Positions 18,194 to 30,632 of a stretch of DNA of 64,000 nt are shown one piece after another; position 1 is the stretch's first letter, and each line of letters starts with the position of its first letter. The position numbers and the translations under genes are program-made. This stretch comes from Lama guanicoe. Lineage: Eukaryota. The stretch lies in contig MU054338.1 in assembly GCA_013239625.1 (NCBI GenBank), positions 2,296,977 through 2,360,976 of the forward strand, in the 5' to 3' direction. The notes under the pieces were generated by a model that saw only the letters and a program-made list of their open reading frames with translations, ran no database searches and had not been told where the DNA came from.

Positions 18194-21100
18194 CTACTGC
18201 ATCGTGGGCCGGCGGGTGAGCTGGGGTTGCAGGGAAAGCGACCTGGGCCGGGCGCTGAGGCGAGGGTAGAGGCGCCGGATCACTGCCCGGCGAAACAGGA
18301 TGTACACCCAGGGGTCGAGGATCTGGTTCCAGGTGGCTACGCGCAGGTAGATGAGCAGCTGCTGCTCCATAGCTCGGGACAGCTGCCCAGTCGGACTCAT
18401 GACAGGCGGGCTCCGAAGCACGGTCTGGGCGATGAAGACCTGCCGAGAGCCTTAGTGGTCAGCGGGGGCCCAGGCCGCTGCCAGCCCTGCCCTTCCACCT
18501 GCACCGGCCCGGGCCACCTGCTGTCCCCTGAGATCGAGTGCCGATTCGATTCTGTCACTGCTTTGCTGTGTGACCTCGGGAGAGCTGCCTGACCTCTCTG
18601 AACTTCTGTTGATGTGGCCACAAAATAGGACACACTTTCTGCTCCTCTCCTGGGCACGATTAAACGTGGTGTACAAGAAGACTTGTGGGTGTGGATGCGT
18701 GCAATCTCTATGACTGCCAACATTATTGTTCTGTTAAATATTTTTATCTTATACAAATTTTATCATATAATATGGTGCAAAAATTGTATATTAAGTAGTT
18801 AAATTTTATATATTTTATATTAAGTAATTTTATATTAAATTAAATTTATAGTTTCTAAAATTTTTATGACAATTTTATATTAAATAATTTTATGTTAAAT
18901 TCTTATATTAAATCATTTTAATGTATTTAAATGTTGGGTTTTATGTTTAATATTACATAATATGTAATATAAGGTATTCATAAATTATTATAGACTATAA
19001 TAATATAATCACCTAATAATATGTTGCTAATTATAGCTACACTATGTAATTATAGTTATATATTATATTATATAGTATTAAATAATTATATGTGTAATTA
19101 TATAATAATTATATAATTATAATTGTGACTGTATTATGTAATAATTGAAATAATTATTAAGCATCAATAATATATAATTATAGTTCTGTTATACAGTATT
19201 AAACAATATATAATTGTTGATTGATATAACTGATATAATTATTAATTCCAATATATAACAATATAATAAACTATGAAGTATTTTAAAATTATAGTTAATA
19301 TTTGTTATGTTTAATATAATTATAATTCATATTGCATTACATGTATTATATTCAAATAAATTATTTTAAAATTGTTTCCTGAGGACCTACTGTGTGCTGA
19401 TCAATACTGCCGCCTGTTTTTGTTTTATTTGCTTTGTTTTTGCCTTTTTGGTTTGTGTTGCTGTTTTGCTAAGAAGCTTTCTACATGTGTAAATGGTGAG
19501 GGAAAAACAGAAAGCACACTTTGTGACTTGTGAAAAAGACATGAAACTCAAATTTCAGCATCCAGAAATGAAATTCCATTGTGCACAGCCATGCCTGTTT
19601 GTTTCCATGTAGCTTTCTTGCTACAGCAGCAGAGCTGAGTCACTGGGACAGAGACCGGGTTTAAAACATTTACTATCTGGCCTTTTAGGAAAAGCTGGCC
19701 TCCAAAGGGGACTCAGGAATCATTTAATGAGTAAATAATTCTACCTAGGATGCCTTCCCAGTTTTGATCTAGCAGTTAAACTACTATTCATCCTTCAAAA
19801 CCTTAGTTCCAGTGGTTTAACACAGGGCAGGGCTCATCCTGGGTGATCCAAGAGAGTGGAGGCTGGAGGGTGGGAAGAGGAGGAGGCTGGGCAGCAGGTA
19901 CATGGTGTGGGCCTGCAGGAATCTGCCGAGGCTCAGGGTCCTCACAAGGCGCCAAGGCATGCACCCCAACTGGGGAAAGGCTGTACTCTCTGCCTGGAAT
20001 ACTACCCCCACCCCCGTACCAGATCTCCACGTGGTTCACCCCCTCACTTCCTCCATGTCTTTGCTCAAATGTCACCTTCACCAAGTGTTCCCTGACCAGG
20101 ATCTGCCTCAGTCTCCTCCTCCCCACCCTCCAGCTTCCACTCTCTTGGATCACCCAGGATAAGCCATACCCTGCACTAAATCGTTGAGCTGGGGCTTTGA
20201 AGGATGAATAGGAGTTTAACTGCTGGCCAAAAAATGGGGAAGACATCCTGGGTTGAATCACTGAATCATTAAATGTTTCCTACTACTCAGCCATAAAAAA
20301 GAATAAAATAATGCCATTTGCAGCAACGTGGATGGATCTGGAGATCGTCATACTAAGTGAAATAAGCCAGAAACAGAAAGAAAAATACCATATAATATCA
20401 CTTATGTGTGAAATCTAAAAAAAATGACATAGGGGAGAGGATATAGCTCAAGTGGTAGAGCGCATGCTTAGCATGCATGAGGTCCTGTGTTCAATCCCCA
20501 GTACCTCCTCCAAAAATAAATAAATAAACCTAATTACCTCCCCCTCAAAAAAACAAAGAACTAAAAGACTAAAAAAATGACACAAAGGAACTTATTTACA
20601 AAACAGACACAGCTTCACAGACACAAAAAACAACTTATGGTTAGTGGGAAGGGATAAATCGGGAGTTCGAGATTTGCAGATACTAACTACTATGTATAAA
20701 ATAGATAAACAACAAGTTTATATGGTATAGCACAGGGAGCTATTTTCAATATCTTGTAGTAACCTATAATGAAAAAGAATTTGAAAAGGAATATATGTAT
20801 GTACATGTACGACTGAAACATTATGCTGTCCACCAGAAATTGACACAACACTGTAAACTGACACTATAATAAAAAAAATTTTTTTTAATGTTTCCTGAGT
20901 CCCCTTTGGTGGCAAACATTTCCCTAAAGGGCCGTAGAGTAAACATTTTTAAGTTATTTTTTATGAGTGGAGGTAATTAGGTTTATTTATTTCTTAATGG
21001 AGGTGCTGGGGATTGAACCCAGGACACTGTGCATGCTAAGCAGGTGCTCTCCTGCTGAGCTGTCCACTCCCCATGTAGTAAGCATTTTAAACATGGTCTC

Positions 21101-22976
21101 CGCCCCAACGACTCAGCTTGGCTGTTAGAGCCTGAAATCCACAGAGAAGAAAATGGGCGTGGCTGTGGACCAACAGGACTTCATCTTCGGATGAGGAAAT
21201 TTGAGTTTCATGTCATTTTCACATATCACAAAGAAATGATGTTCTTTCTATTTTTTGCCCAGAATTTACACATGTAAACACATTCTCAGCCAAACAAAGC
21301 AAAAACCAACTTTGCACTTTACCGATCCCACAGGTTGAGTTTTTGTTTTAGCCCTTATCACTTTCTAATGTCTACCATTTCACTTATTTATATATTGTGT
21401 TTACTTTCTGTCTTCCCCACTGCCTAAGAGCTCCAGGAAGTCAAGCATTTTTGTCAGTTTTGAGCCATGCGGTGTCCTTAGTACCTAGACCAGAGCCGGC
21501 AACACAGTGCTCACTCAATAAATGTTTGCGGAGGCAACAAATGAATAAATGAGTTCATTTCATCCCCACAGTCCCTCTGAGAGGCAGGCAACTTTTTAAT
21601 CATCCCCATCATCGGAGGAGATTGAGGCTGGAGGAGGGAAGCCCATAGCCACAGTCACAGGGCAAGTCCTTGTAAGACATGGGCTGGAAACAATGTGTCT
21701 CACTCCAGATCCCAGATTGTCCTGATCCAATCAGAAATGGAAAAATAACCACTCCAAGCAGTCAGTTACATTCATCAGTAGGACTTCAGAAAGCTTCCTT
21801 GACTCAGGGGAAATCTGTGCAGGGCTGGGGTGGGGTCCAGCCCAGAGCAAGGCACAAAGGAGACTCAGGAAATGTTTGATGATTTAGTGATCCTGCCTTG
21901 GAAGCCCTCCCTCTTTTTGTCTAGCAGGTAAACTCCTCTTCATCCTTCACAACCTCAGCTCCAATGCCCCTCTTCTGGAAAGCCTTCCCTGATACCCCAG
22001 GAAGAGCCCTGGAGCCCCTCCCTGGGCATCCCAGTCCCAGGACACTGCCTCCGCCCCAGCTCTGCCCCCAGTGTGGGGTTTTCTGTGTTTCATTTGTGAG
22101 CTCCTCAAAGAAGGCCCCTTGAACACTGGGGGTGTGCCCACACTTTTTCAGGCCGACAAGAACCTGAGGCACCCCAGACCCGTGACTCACCAGCAGTGGC
22201 ATCCAGCAGATGCTGGCCACCACCATGATGCCGGTGAGCTGAGCCATCATCTCCACCTCGCAGTCCCGGGGGCGCTGCTGGGCGGCCTCCTGCCCGTGGT
22301 AGACGTGGCACAGGGTGGCCACACTGATGGTGTTGAGCAGGAAGGACAGCCCCACTGAGAGACTGCCGAGGAGTGCGAAGAGCAGGCCGAAGGCCACATC
22401 CCCTGGCTCGGCGCCGAGCGTGAGGAAGCACCAGGAGCCCGGGTACTGCACGGTGTAGCGGCCCAGTCCCAGCAGGGGCAGCAGGCCCAGCGCCAGTGCG
22501 GCAGCCCACACCAGCCCCACTGTGGTCCAGGCCCGGCGCTGCGAGGCGGTCGTGGGCCGTGAGAAGGGCCGGGTGATGCCCAGGTAGCGCTCCGAGGCCA
22601 TGGCGGTCCCCAGCAGCAGTGGACACAGGCCGAAAAAGACCATGATGACGCCCATGAAGTGGCAGAGGTGGCAGCCAGGGTCCACAGCCTGCCAGTCAAA
22701 GAGGGCGACATGCTGGGACACCACGATGGCACCGGTGACCAGTAGCCCCATGAAGTCGGTGAGGACCAGGCCACAGAGGAAGGTCAGGAATGAGGACCGT
22801 GTGTGGGAGCTGCCCTGCCGCGCGCCCATCAGCACGCTCAGCGCCAGCAGGTTGGAGGCCAGGCCCACCAGGCAGAAGACAGCCGGGAACCAGGGGGAGG
22901 CGATCAGGCGCCGCTCCTCCAGGGTGATGTTTGTTGGCCGGAAACAGGGCCCCAGAGAGCTGCCATTGGGCCACAT
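18194..22976 (-). CDS. TBXA2R: Thromboxane A2 receptor, TP-alpha form, 343-aa class A GPCR
   Basis: Coding exons 22976-22191 (786 nt) and 18439-18194 (246 nt). [48 protein letters not shown] prostanoid motifs; TM6 intron at the conserved position; exon 2 acceptor near 23057. Confidence 0.97.
18735..19375. repeat. AT-rich low-complexity tract
   Basis: ~640 bp almost wholly A/T (tataat/ttatat motifs) within TBXA2R intron 2. Confidence 0.9.
19410..19700 (-). mobile_element. MER58B-like hAT DNA transposon (left arm of inverted duplication)
   Basis: 'catgaaactcaaatttcag...cacagccatgcc...tttactatctggccttttaggaaaag' matches antisense MER58B as recalled. Confidence 0.7.
20281..20888 (+). mobile_element. 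5'-truncated cetartiodactyl L1 3' end with target-site duplication
   Basis: 'tactactcagccataaaaaagaataaaataatgccatttgcagcaacgtggatgga' ... 'aattgacacaacactgtaaactgac' plus A tail; flanked by aatgtttcct on both sides. Confidence 0.85.
20432..20570 (+). mobile_element. tRNA-Ala-derived SINE nested in L1
   Basis: 'ggggagaggatatagctcaagtggtagagcgcatgcttagcatgcatgaggtcctgtgttcaatcccc'; flanking TSD ctaaaaaaatgaca. Confidence 0.85.
20905..21310 (+). mobile_element. MER58B-like DNA transposon (right arm), interrupted by a SINE
   Basis: 'ggcaaacatttccctaaagggccg...taaacatttt' and 'gggcgtggctgtg...gaaatttgagtttcatgtcattttcaca'. Confidence 0.7.
20955..21071 (-). mobile_element. tRNA-Ala-derived SINE
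   Basis: Reverse complement of the same family: 'ggaggtgctggggattgaacccagg...gcatgctaagca...ctgagctg...ctcccc'. Confidence 0.8.
21340..21555. mobile_element. L2 3' fragment
   Basis: 'aagagctccaggaag...gtgctcactcaataaatgtttg...aatgaataaatga'. Confidence 0.55.
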
Positions 22977-24149
22977 GGCACCAGGGTGGAGCGGGGAGGG
23001 TCACCACCCCATCCGGCCAAGGCTGCAGGTGGGACGGCTGGCACTCGCTCAGCACACCTGGGGGCAGGGCGGGCAGAGAAGATTTGCTGGTGATTCATTC
23101 TGCATTTTAGTCTGAGAAGCCCTGGTGAACTCCTACACAGCCTTCAGTGCCCCAGGTCAAAATCTCTTTGAGGAAGCCTTTCCTGACTTACCTCACTCCC
23201 TGCGCAGTGAGTATTTCTATTACCACTACTACTAGTACTGCTATCGCTATTACTACTGCTGCTGCCTCCAGCTCTGTCCAGGCTCAGTGATCATCAAGGG
23301 TGAGGACCAATTCTGTCTGTTCTGGGACCCCTGGAAGACACCAGTAATTATTTGCCAGGCTGCAGAGAAGGGCTGAGAAGTCTGGGGCTTGAACGCCAGC
23401 CCTGGCACTCATCGTGTGACTGCAGGCAATTATTTCTTCTCTCTAAACTTCCGTTTCCCTACTGGTCATCCATCTGAGCCCCTGGTGAACTGCATAATCC
23501 AGGGCAGATCTCAGCTGCTGTAAAACAGGACACGTCCAGTGTGGGGAGGGGGGTTGGCTGTCGGCCAGAGGTCGCTGGCTCTCGCGTCTGCTCCAAGGTC
23601 AGCCTCGTGGGTCACAGCTTCTCATGAAGGCATGTAGGGGAGACCTGGTCCCACTGGTGTTTGAGGAGCTCTTTTCTCACGTTTTGGAATCATCTGCATT
23701 ATTTTCGCCCCCATTTTCGTTTAGTGCGAAATAAACCCAGAAATCTAGTTCCATTCTGGGAATGAAAAACAGCTCATCGGAGCAACAGGTTCCCCAGGGA
23801 TGGACTACAAAAACAGCAGCAGGCAGGGCCCGGGACCCAGTGTGGGGCTGGGGGGAAACCAGAGACACGTGAGCCTGACCGCACAGGGTCTGGATGCACT
23901 GGTCAGATGTGGGGAAGGCGAGCAGAAATGAGACCGTTCTAAAACTAGCTCCCAACTCCCAAAGAAGACACCGCAGGGAGGGCATAAGGCTGCCCAGGGG
24001 GCTGGGGCCAGCACCTGGGGCCCCAGCCTCCTGCCCTGGGCACACATCAGTGAGGGAACACCGGGTGGCTGGATCAGAGTGGGCAAAGGCAGGGAGGCAG
24101 GACCACGGTTGGGTACAGAGGTTCCAGGCAGTTAAGGCTCATAAAAGTC

Positions 24150-24260
24150 CTATTATGATCCCCATTTTGCAGAGGGGTGAACCTGAGGCACAGAGAGGTT
24201 AAATATCTAATCCAGGGTCACACAGCCCAGCTGGAGTTGATCTGAAATCGGAGATTTCTA
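24150..24260 (+). mobile_element. MIR SINE
   Basis: 'tccccattttgcagaggggtgaacctgaggcacagagaggttaaat...ggtcacacagc' MIR core. Confidence 0.7.
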
Positions 24261-26989
24261 TGAACTCAGACCTCATTACATAGAAATGTACGTAAGTGAT
24301 TCAAAAGTCAGCCAGTCAGGTGGCGGCTCACAATAATTGGAATTTTCCTTCAGAAGGAACAGAAGTTTCTACAAAGTTGGTCAGACCAGATTTGAACCCT
24401 GACTTTGCCAGGAACCTTCTTACTCACCTTGGGCGAGTCATGTCCCGCTGAGCCTCAGTTTCCCTTCGCTACAAAATGGGGCTAATGACAGGAAGGATTT
24501 CACTGTGTCTGAGGCTGAGCACCTGGCAGTGCTCAGTCTGTGACACAGTGAAGTAGTGAGCATGCTGATGGGTGCCGCCCCCTCACTCTCCATCTCATTA
24601 ATTCTGCTCAGCAGCTCCTCACCGAGCTTCATCAATTATCCAGAGCCTGACTGCCTGCGCACTGAGCTTCCCTCCCGGGCTTAGAGCCAAAGTCACAGCC
24701 ACTTCAGTGGGGGCGGGGCTTCGAGCAGGGAAACAGGTCCTGAGAGGTGGGGGGTGGGGTCCGTGCCAGGCCATCCGAGCCCTCTGCTCCCAGGCCGGGG
24801 TGTGCTTTTGCTGGCTTACATTCGGCCTGCACTTGGATTCCTCCTGGGGCTGGGTGCTCACTCCCTGCCTCCCTCCCTCTGGAGCTGGTATGCGCTGTTT
24901 CTGAACATTCCTGGGGACTTGGGCTGTGCCTGCGGCCACTGCCCCAACCTCAGCCTAGAGAGACCGCCAGCCCTTCCTGGGTCTCATGGTTCCTTGGTCC
25001 CTCACCCTTGTGCAGGAGTTCATGCACCCAGGGACACAGACCCTGAGGCTGCCTTGTCTAGGAACATCCCTGTGACCCAGGGCTCTTGGCCTAGGGGAGG
25101 CTGGAAACTGGCACTACTCCCTCTGGCCCCAGCCTGCGGTTTCCAGTCCACCCTCTGCCCTGGGGTTCAGGTGAGAGCAGCTTCTCAAGTTCCCCAGGCA
25201 AGCAGCCCAGGAGGGGACTGACAAAGCCTTCTTTCCCCTCCCACAACGGCTGGGAGGGATGGCAGAGCACCCACCCTGCAGAGGACCATCGTCCTCCCAG
25301 TCTGAGGTCCAGAAGCTCCCCTGTGTGTCCCTTGGGGGAACTGCTCCCCCTCTCTGTGCCTCATGGGAAGCATGGACCCCAGATGTGCTGGACGAACCCA
25401 GGATCCCGTGGCCTGAGAGTGTAGGGGTTTGGACTTTGAAGGTCCAGGGTTCTAGAATTGTAATGAGCTCCAGGTCTGGAAGCTGAAGCCCCTAAGAGCC
25501 TAGAATTTCAAGGGGCTGATGTTCCGGAACTTTGACAGGAATTTGGCTGGGTGCTGGGTTCCAGAAATCTCCGTCTTGGGTTCTGGTTCCTCGCTGGAGG
25601 ATTCCATCCACCACTGTCCCAGAGGCCCTGGCACTGGGCTCCCCCCTCACTGGCCCCAGTGCACTGTAACGTTTGGTTACCAGGGCCGGGCCCCTCCTCT
25701 GCCTATTGTCACCTCCTGCCCTGTTCTCCTCCCCCCGCCGCCCGAGAGCCATCCGTCTTTCATCAAGTCCCTCTCCCACTTGAACCCCACCTCTCCCCTG
25801 CCTGGCCTGCCTGTCCGTCCCCACACCCTGGGCCCACCCAACCTCCCTCAAGGGTGATGGTGACCTCAGACAAGCTCGGACTGGAGTCCCCCATCCTCCA
25901 TGGCCAAGCTGGGGGCTCAACCTTGCTGAATCTCAGCACCTCAGTTCCCTTTCTGTGAAGCGGGGGTACGTAACTAGGACATTGACTCGCTACAGGGCCT
26001 TCTGGTCTCCCTGGCCTGACCTGCTCCTGCCCCGGGGCCTCTGCTTGCCCTGATCTGGTGCGCCCTTGCGGCTCCTGACCCTGCTCTCAGCTCATCCCCC
26101 AGCTGGGTGCATGGGGCAGCCAGGCAAGAGCCCTGACGCTCTGTGTGATCTCTGCCTGTTTCGCTGTTTCTTCAGTTCTCTAATGCTGTGGGCAACCGAA
26201 GACGATGCCCTTTGTCATGAGACTGCAGGGACCAGGCCTATGCCTGATGCAGACCTGAACGCCCACAGGTGTGGAACCCCTCCACGCCCTTGTGCAGCTG
26301 CAGATGACCACACAGACACACACACATACACGCGGGGCCCAGGCCCACCCCTGCCTCCCCTCACCACAAGGCTCAGTTTCCTGGAACTTTTCCTGTGTAT
26401 GACACCAACCAGGTCCCCACCCCAGAGGGTGTAGAAGGGGACTCCACAGTCAGCCTGACTCACATGACCCTCTGAGCCTCAGTTTCCTTTTCTATCCAAT
26501 GGGCATCCTCTCGGTGCTCACCACTCAGGCTTTCCCGAGGCCACACGAGGGGGCTGGATGTGAAATGATGGGACAGGACCCAGGCCAGGTGGCCAGTGGT
26601 TAATGATGGACACAGTCATAGTGATCACAGGGACATGGGCCAAGGCTCAGCTCCTTGAGTGCACACAGACACACAGCCAACCGGATGTGGACTTGAACTC
26701 ACAGCCACACCCAGCATCCTGGAACCCTCCCCTGCTGTGGCCTCAATCCAGGGAAATACGCACACAAGCACATCCTCGCCACCTAGCCACAGTGGCACAT
26801 GCAGGTGCCCAGGCCAGGTGGCCCTGCAGGCATAGACCCAGGCTCACCAGTGCCCCAGGACACCCAGCACCTGGCAGCTGTCACCACTCAGGGTGACACA
26901 CCCACCGCAGGGTGGATCACCACAGAATACACTCAAGCCTCACCTATCCACGCTTATGCCCGGCCCCTAACCTAACCAGCCAATCATCC

Positions 26990-27760
26990 TCACCTGGCGA
27001 TGGTCGCTGGGACCTGCAGAAGTAGCCGCGCCCTCGTGGACCGGGCGAACGTGCGGGTGCCTGGCGGGATTGCGGCTTGCAGAGGCGGAAGCAGAGCGGC
27101 CGGCCTCGATGCCCCTGGGGAAACCGAGTCACTGAGGGCGGTGGGACAGAGGACCCCAGCGCTTCCGGTCGCGGCGGGGTCACAGATGGGGGGCGAGGCC
27201 GCACAGGACGCAGCAGCTGCGCAGGGTCCCAGCCGAAGGAGGGGCGAGGGCCCCTCGGGGGCTGGAGGGGGTCCGCGGGAGCTAAAAATAGCCCGAGGTG
27301 GGGTGCTCTGCTGTGCAGCTCGCGCGTGTCTCCGCACTGGTCTCTCTGGGTCTCTGTCTTTCCGTCGGTCTCTCATCAGCCCCTCCCCACACCCGCGCTG
27401 GCCACGCCCCTCACGCCTGGGCCTGGCTGCTGGGGGTCAACGGGCACCCCCCGCCCCGCGGCGAGACCGTGCAGCCTCCTGGGGGAGGGGGCACCCGTGG
27501 GACCCCGGGCCGCAGGGGCAGGGCGCGGCGGCCGGGGTGGCCGGCACCCTCTCTGGAGCCTGCGCCCAGCCACCCTCCCCGCTCCCCCGCCTCCAGCCTG
27601 CCCGAGCCGGGACCCCTCCAGGCGCTCTGGCCTCCAGGCGCCGCGTTATTCACAGTCGGGGCAGCACCCGAGGCCGGAGGGAGAGGGGAGGTGTGGGGCC
27701 TGGCGAGGTCAGCTTCCCAGGACACCCAGACCCCGGGCCAGGGGCCCAGGTCTCCAGCGG
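26990..27760 (-). promoter_or_regulatory. TBXA2R: TBXA2R CpG island with probable non-coding exon 1 (donor at ~26994)
   Basis: CpG-dense block ~4 kb upstream of the coding exon; minus-strand donor CAG|GTGAGG (plus 'cctcacctg' 26988-26996). Confidence 0.6.
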
Positions 27761-29329
27761 ATGAACCTGGTGGGGTGGGACCTGGCACACCGTAGGTGCC
27801 TAATCAGTGCAGGGCTTGTTTGAGGCTCCTGCCAGGGCTGGGGGTTAGGGTGCAGGGATGTTTAGAGAGGAGGGGCAACCAGACTCTCCAGCCAGAAGCT
27901 TTGTGGGCAGCCTGCTGAGACAGGCTCTTCTGGAGCAGGTGAGCCCCGAGCGCGGTGAGGGGAGGGTCCTATGAGGACAAAGGCTGGGAGACTGCACTGG
28001 GGCCAGAGGAGGCAAAGCCCCAAGCAGAGATGCCAGCAGTGGGGGTGGGGAAGTTCTGTGCCCTCTGCCCCTGAGTGCGGATGGGGGAAGCACTCCCAGA
28101 TCCCTTCTCTGTGGAGAGGTCTGAGGATGAGGCAGGGAGCTGGAAGCAGGGCTTGGAGTGACTCTAGGCAGGATCGGCTTCCTTGAAAGCCCCCAGTTTC
28201 ACTCAGGGCTCTGGTCCAGTGTCCCATTAACCTAAAGCCGCAAAAGCAGAGGGTGTGACCAGGCTGGGCACGGCTAGAACAAAGGCACGGAGGCTGGACC
28301 GTGAGGCAGGAAGTGAGTCTTTTAAAGGTCATTGCTGCCCATAGTCCTCTGGCCTCAGGTGGGTGAAGGGGGTCCACAGGCCTGGGGCTGTGGTTGACCT
28401 TTGAGGATGAAAGAGGGCAGTGTGGCTGTGGAGGGGTGGCCTTGGGCCTCCTTGGCCCCGAGTTAGGGCCTGGAGTGGGCCAGGACCAGCTGCTTGGCCT
28501 TGACCTCACCCCTCCCAGTCCTCGGGGGCCTGGGACGGGCTCACAAATATAGGCTCTGAGTGAGAAGGACAGACTGCAGCCTGGACCCTGCTCTCCCCTC
28601 CCCTCGGCCCGCCCACTATCCTTCTGGCCTCTGCATTCCTCCAGACGGCCCCTCCCCTCTTCCATTTAACCCTAATTCTTCTTCCTTAACAAGGAGCCTC
28701 CCCAGCTCCTATGCATCTGTTAGAGCCCTGGCTTCGAGGCCCCCTCCTCTCTAGAGCCTTGATGTCCCAGACAGTCTTGCTCCCCTCAACCCCTCCTTAA
28801 GGACAACTCTGTCCCAGCCAATGTGGTAGAACAATTTTGAGCCCCAGATAGACTGTACGACAGACCTGCCCTCAAGGATCCCCCAGGCTGTAGAAGATGG
28901 AGCTGGACACATACAGTCCCAGCCTCCTGTGTTCAGGGCTTGGCCAAAGGAAGTGACAGGGCTTAGGGGAGCCCAGAAGGTGAGCTGGGAAGGCATCCTG
29001 GTGGGAGGTATGAGAACTGGGGCTTTGTGGGATGAGTAGGAGTTCCACAGGTCCAAGAGACATGGCAGAAATACACAAGCAAAACTTTACAGGCGAGAGA
29101 GCGAGGCTTCAGGGAGCTGCAAGGAGGGCAGATGTGGTAAGAAGAGGATGTTGGACTAGGGCTCCAGATCGGGGTGGAGGTGAGAGATGAAGACTGTTCG
29201 GTTCCCACTTCCTCTGCTCCATGATAAGGACAGTGTTCCTTCCGAAAAACAGCCAGGGCAGGGGTCAGAGAAGCACACTTGACTTGCAATGTCTGGGTCT
29301 CATCACAGCTGCACGGCAGTGGGCAAAGA

Positions 29330-29420
29330 TGCTCATTTTATAGATGGGGAAACTGAGGCCCAGAGAGCAGAAATGACATGTCCAAGGCCACGTGTGGGTA
29401 GGATCTGAACGTGAGCACTG
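29330..29420 (+). mobile_element. MIR SINE
   Basis: 'cattttatagatggggaaactgaggcccagagag...gacatgtccaaggccac'. Confidence 0.7.
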
Positions 29421-30626
29421 GGTTCCACCACCTTCTGGAGGTCTGTTTCCCCTGCTCTGCTCAGTGGGCACACAGGAGGCATGGGAGGGGTTGAGATGGC
29501 CTGGGAGTGGGTAGGGGCCAGATGGTGGGAACAGAGGCCAGGCTCAGGATGTACCCCCCATGGCTGTGGTTTTTGCTGGGAGGCAGGCAGGGAACATCTA
29601 TTCTTAGCCTCAGACACAGCCAAGGGGCAGGAAGAGGATGAGATGGGGGTTGAAAGAGGCTGGGATGGGGGTTGGGGGCAGCTTGAGGGTCACTGGGTGG
29701 ACCTTGGTTCAGGGTGGGGGGTCTTGGGGCAGTTGGATGGGTGTGGTGCCTCCAGTTGCCTAAAGGGGTCTCCCTGACCCCCAGCTGGCAGCCCTGCCCT
29801 GCTCACTCACCCTCTGTGGCTCACCAGTGTCGCGGGGAAGGGTTCAGCTACTGGGTTTGCGTTCAGCCCTGCCCTGGGCTCACGTGCTGCCTCTTCCTCT
29901 GCAAGGCAGGCTCCACCCTCCTCTGCCTGGCAACTGTGACCCTCCATGGAGCCTTTGGTGTGCCTTCTGAGGTCCCTCAGACCCAGGGCCTTCCCCATCC
30001 CAGCCTGGCTCCTTGCCTAGAGGGCGCCTGAGCCCAACTCTCCTCCCTCTGGACTGGGGGCTCCAGGCTAAACACGTACCCAGCAAGTTGGGGGCACCGC
30101 CAGCTTGTTCCTGCCGCCCAAAGCCTCCTGTTGCCCCAAACCACATAAATGCTGCTGCGTAAGGCTGGTGTGAGGTCCAGGTAACACCAGCTCAGGCCAG
30201 ACCCTCGTGGCCATGCACAGCCGGCACTGTGAGAACAGAACAGGGCCCTACCCACCTGGTGACCAAGCACTGTGCTAGGCGTGGAGTGCCTCCCAGATCT
30301 GCAGCAGCTACTTCCCTCCCACGCCTGTGTCCGAGTCTGGGGCGTTTATGATCACACCCTCCTCCCGGGAGGCGAGGCTGAGGGTCGGGGGCGAAGATGG
30401 AGGAAACCCTGAGACTACACGTTCCCTAAGGGACCACTATTAACTACTTTTAGGTGCTGTGGTTGCTTTCAAAAGGCCGTCTTAGCTGCCTACTTCCTCA
30501 GTTGTGCAGTTGTGCCGTGGTTAGACACGTCAACGGTGGGGACAGCTGGGTGTGGGTGTGGGGGCAGGAACGCTAGACCACCTTTGTAGCATTTCTGAAA
30601 ATCTAAAATTATTCTAAAATAAAACA

Positions 30627-30632
30627 TTTATT
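30627..30632 (-). terminator. CACTIN: CACTIN polyadenylation signal
   Basis: TTTATT on plus (AATAAA on minus) ~970 nt past the CACTIN stop, with T-rich downstream sequence on the minus strand. Confidence 0.75.

Noticed and set aside
18230..18250. TP-beta-type internal donor (CCCAG|GTCGCT) in the TBXA2R last exon
   Set aside because: The motif is present but weak and constrained by coding; I found no matching downstream beta exon, and TP-beta is described mainly in primates.
21921..22190. C-terminal extension of the 351-aa TBXA2R ORF
   Set aside because: Intron read-through past the canonical donor CTG|GTGAGT; the true TM7 exon is at 18439-18194.
27000..27823. Several 165-254-aa ORFs across the TBXA2R CpG island (similar ones at 2471-3145 and 44415-45109)
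   Set aside because: Stop-poor CpG-island sequence gives overlapping low-complexity G/A/P/R ORFs in all frames.
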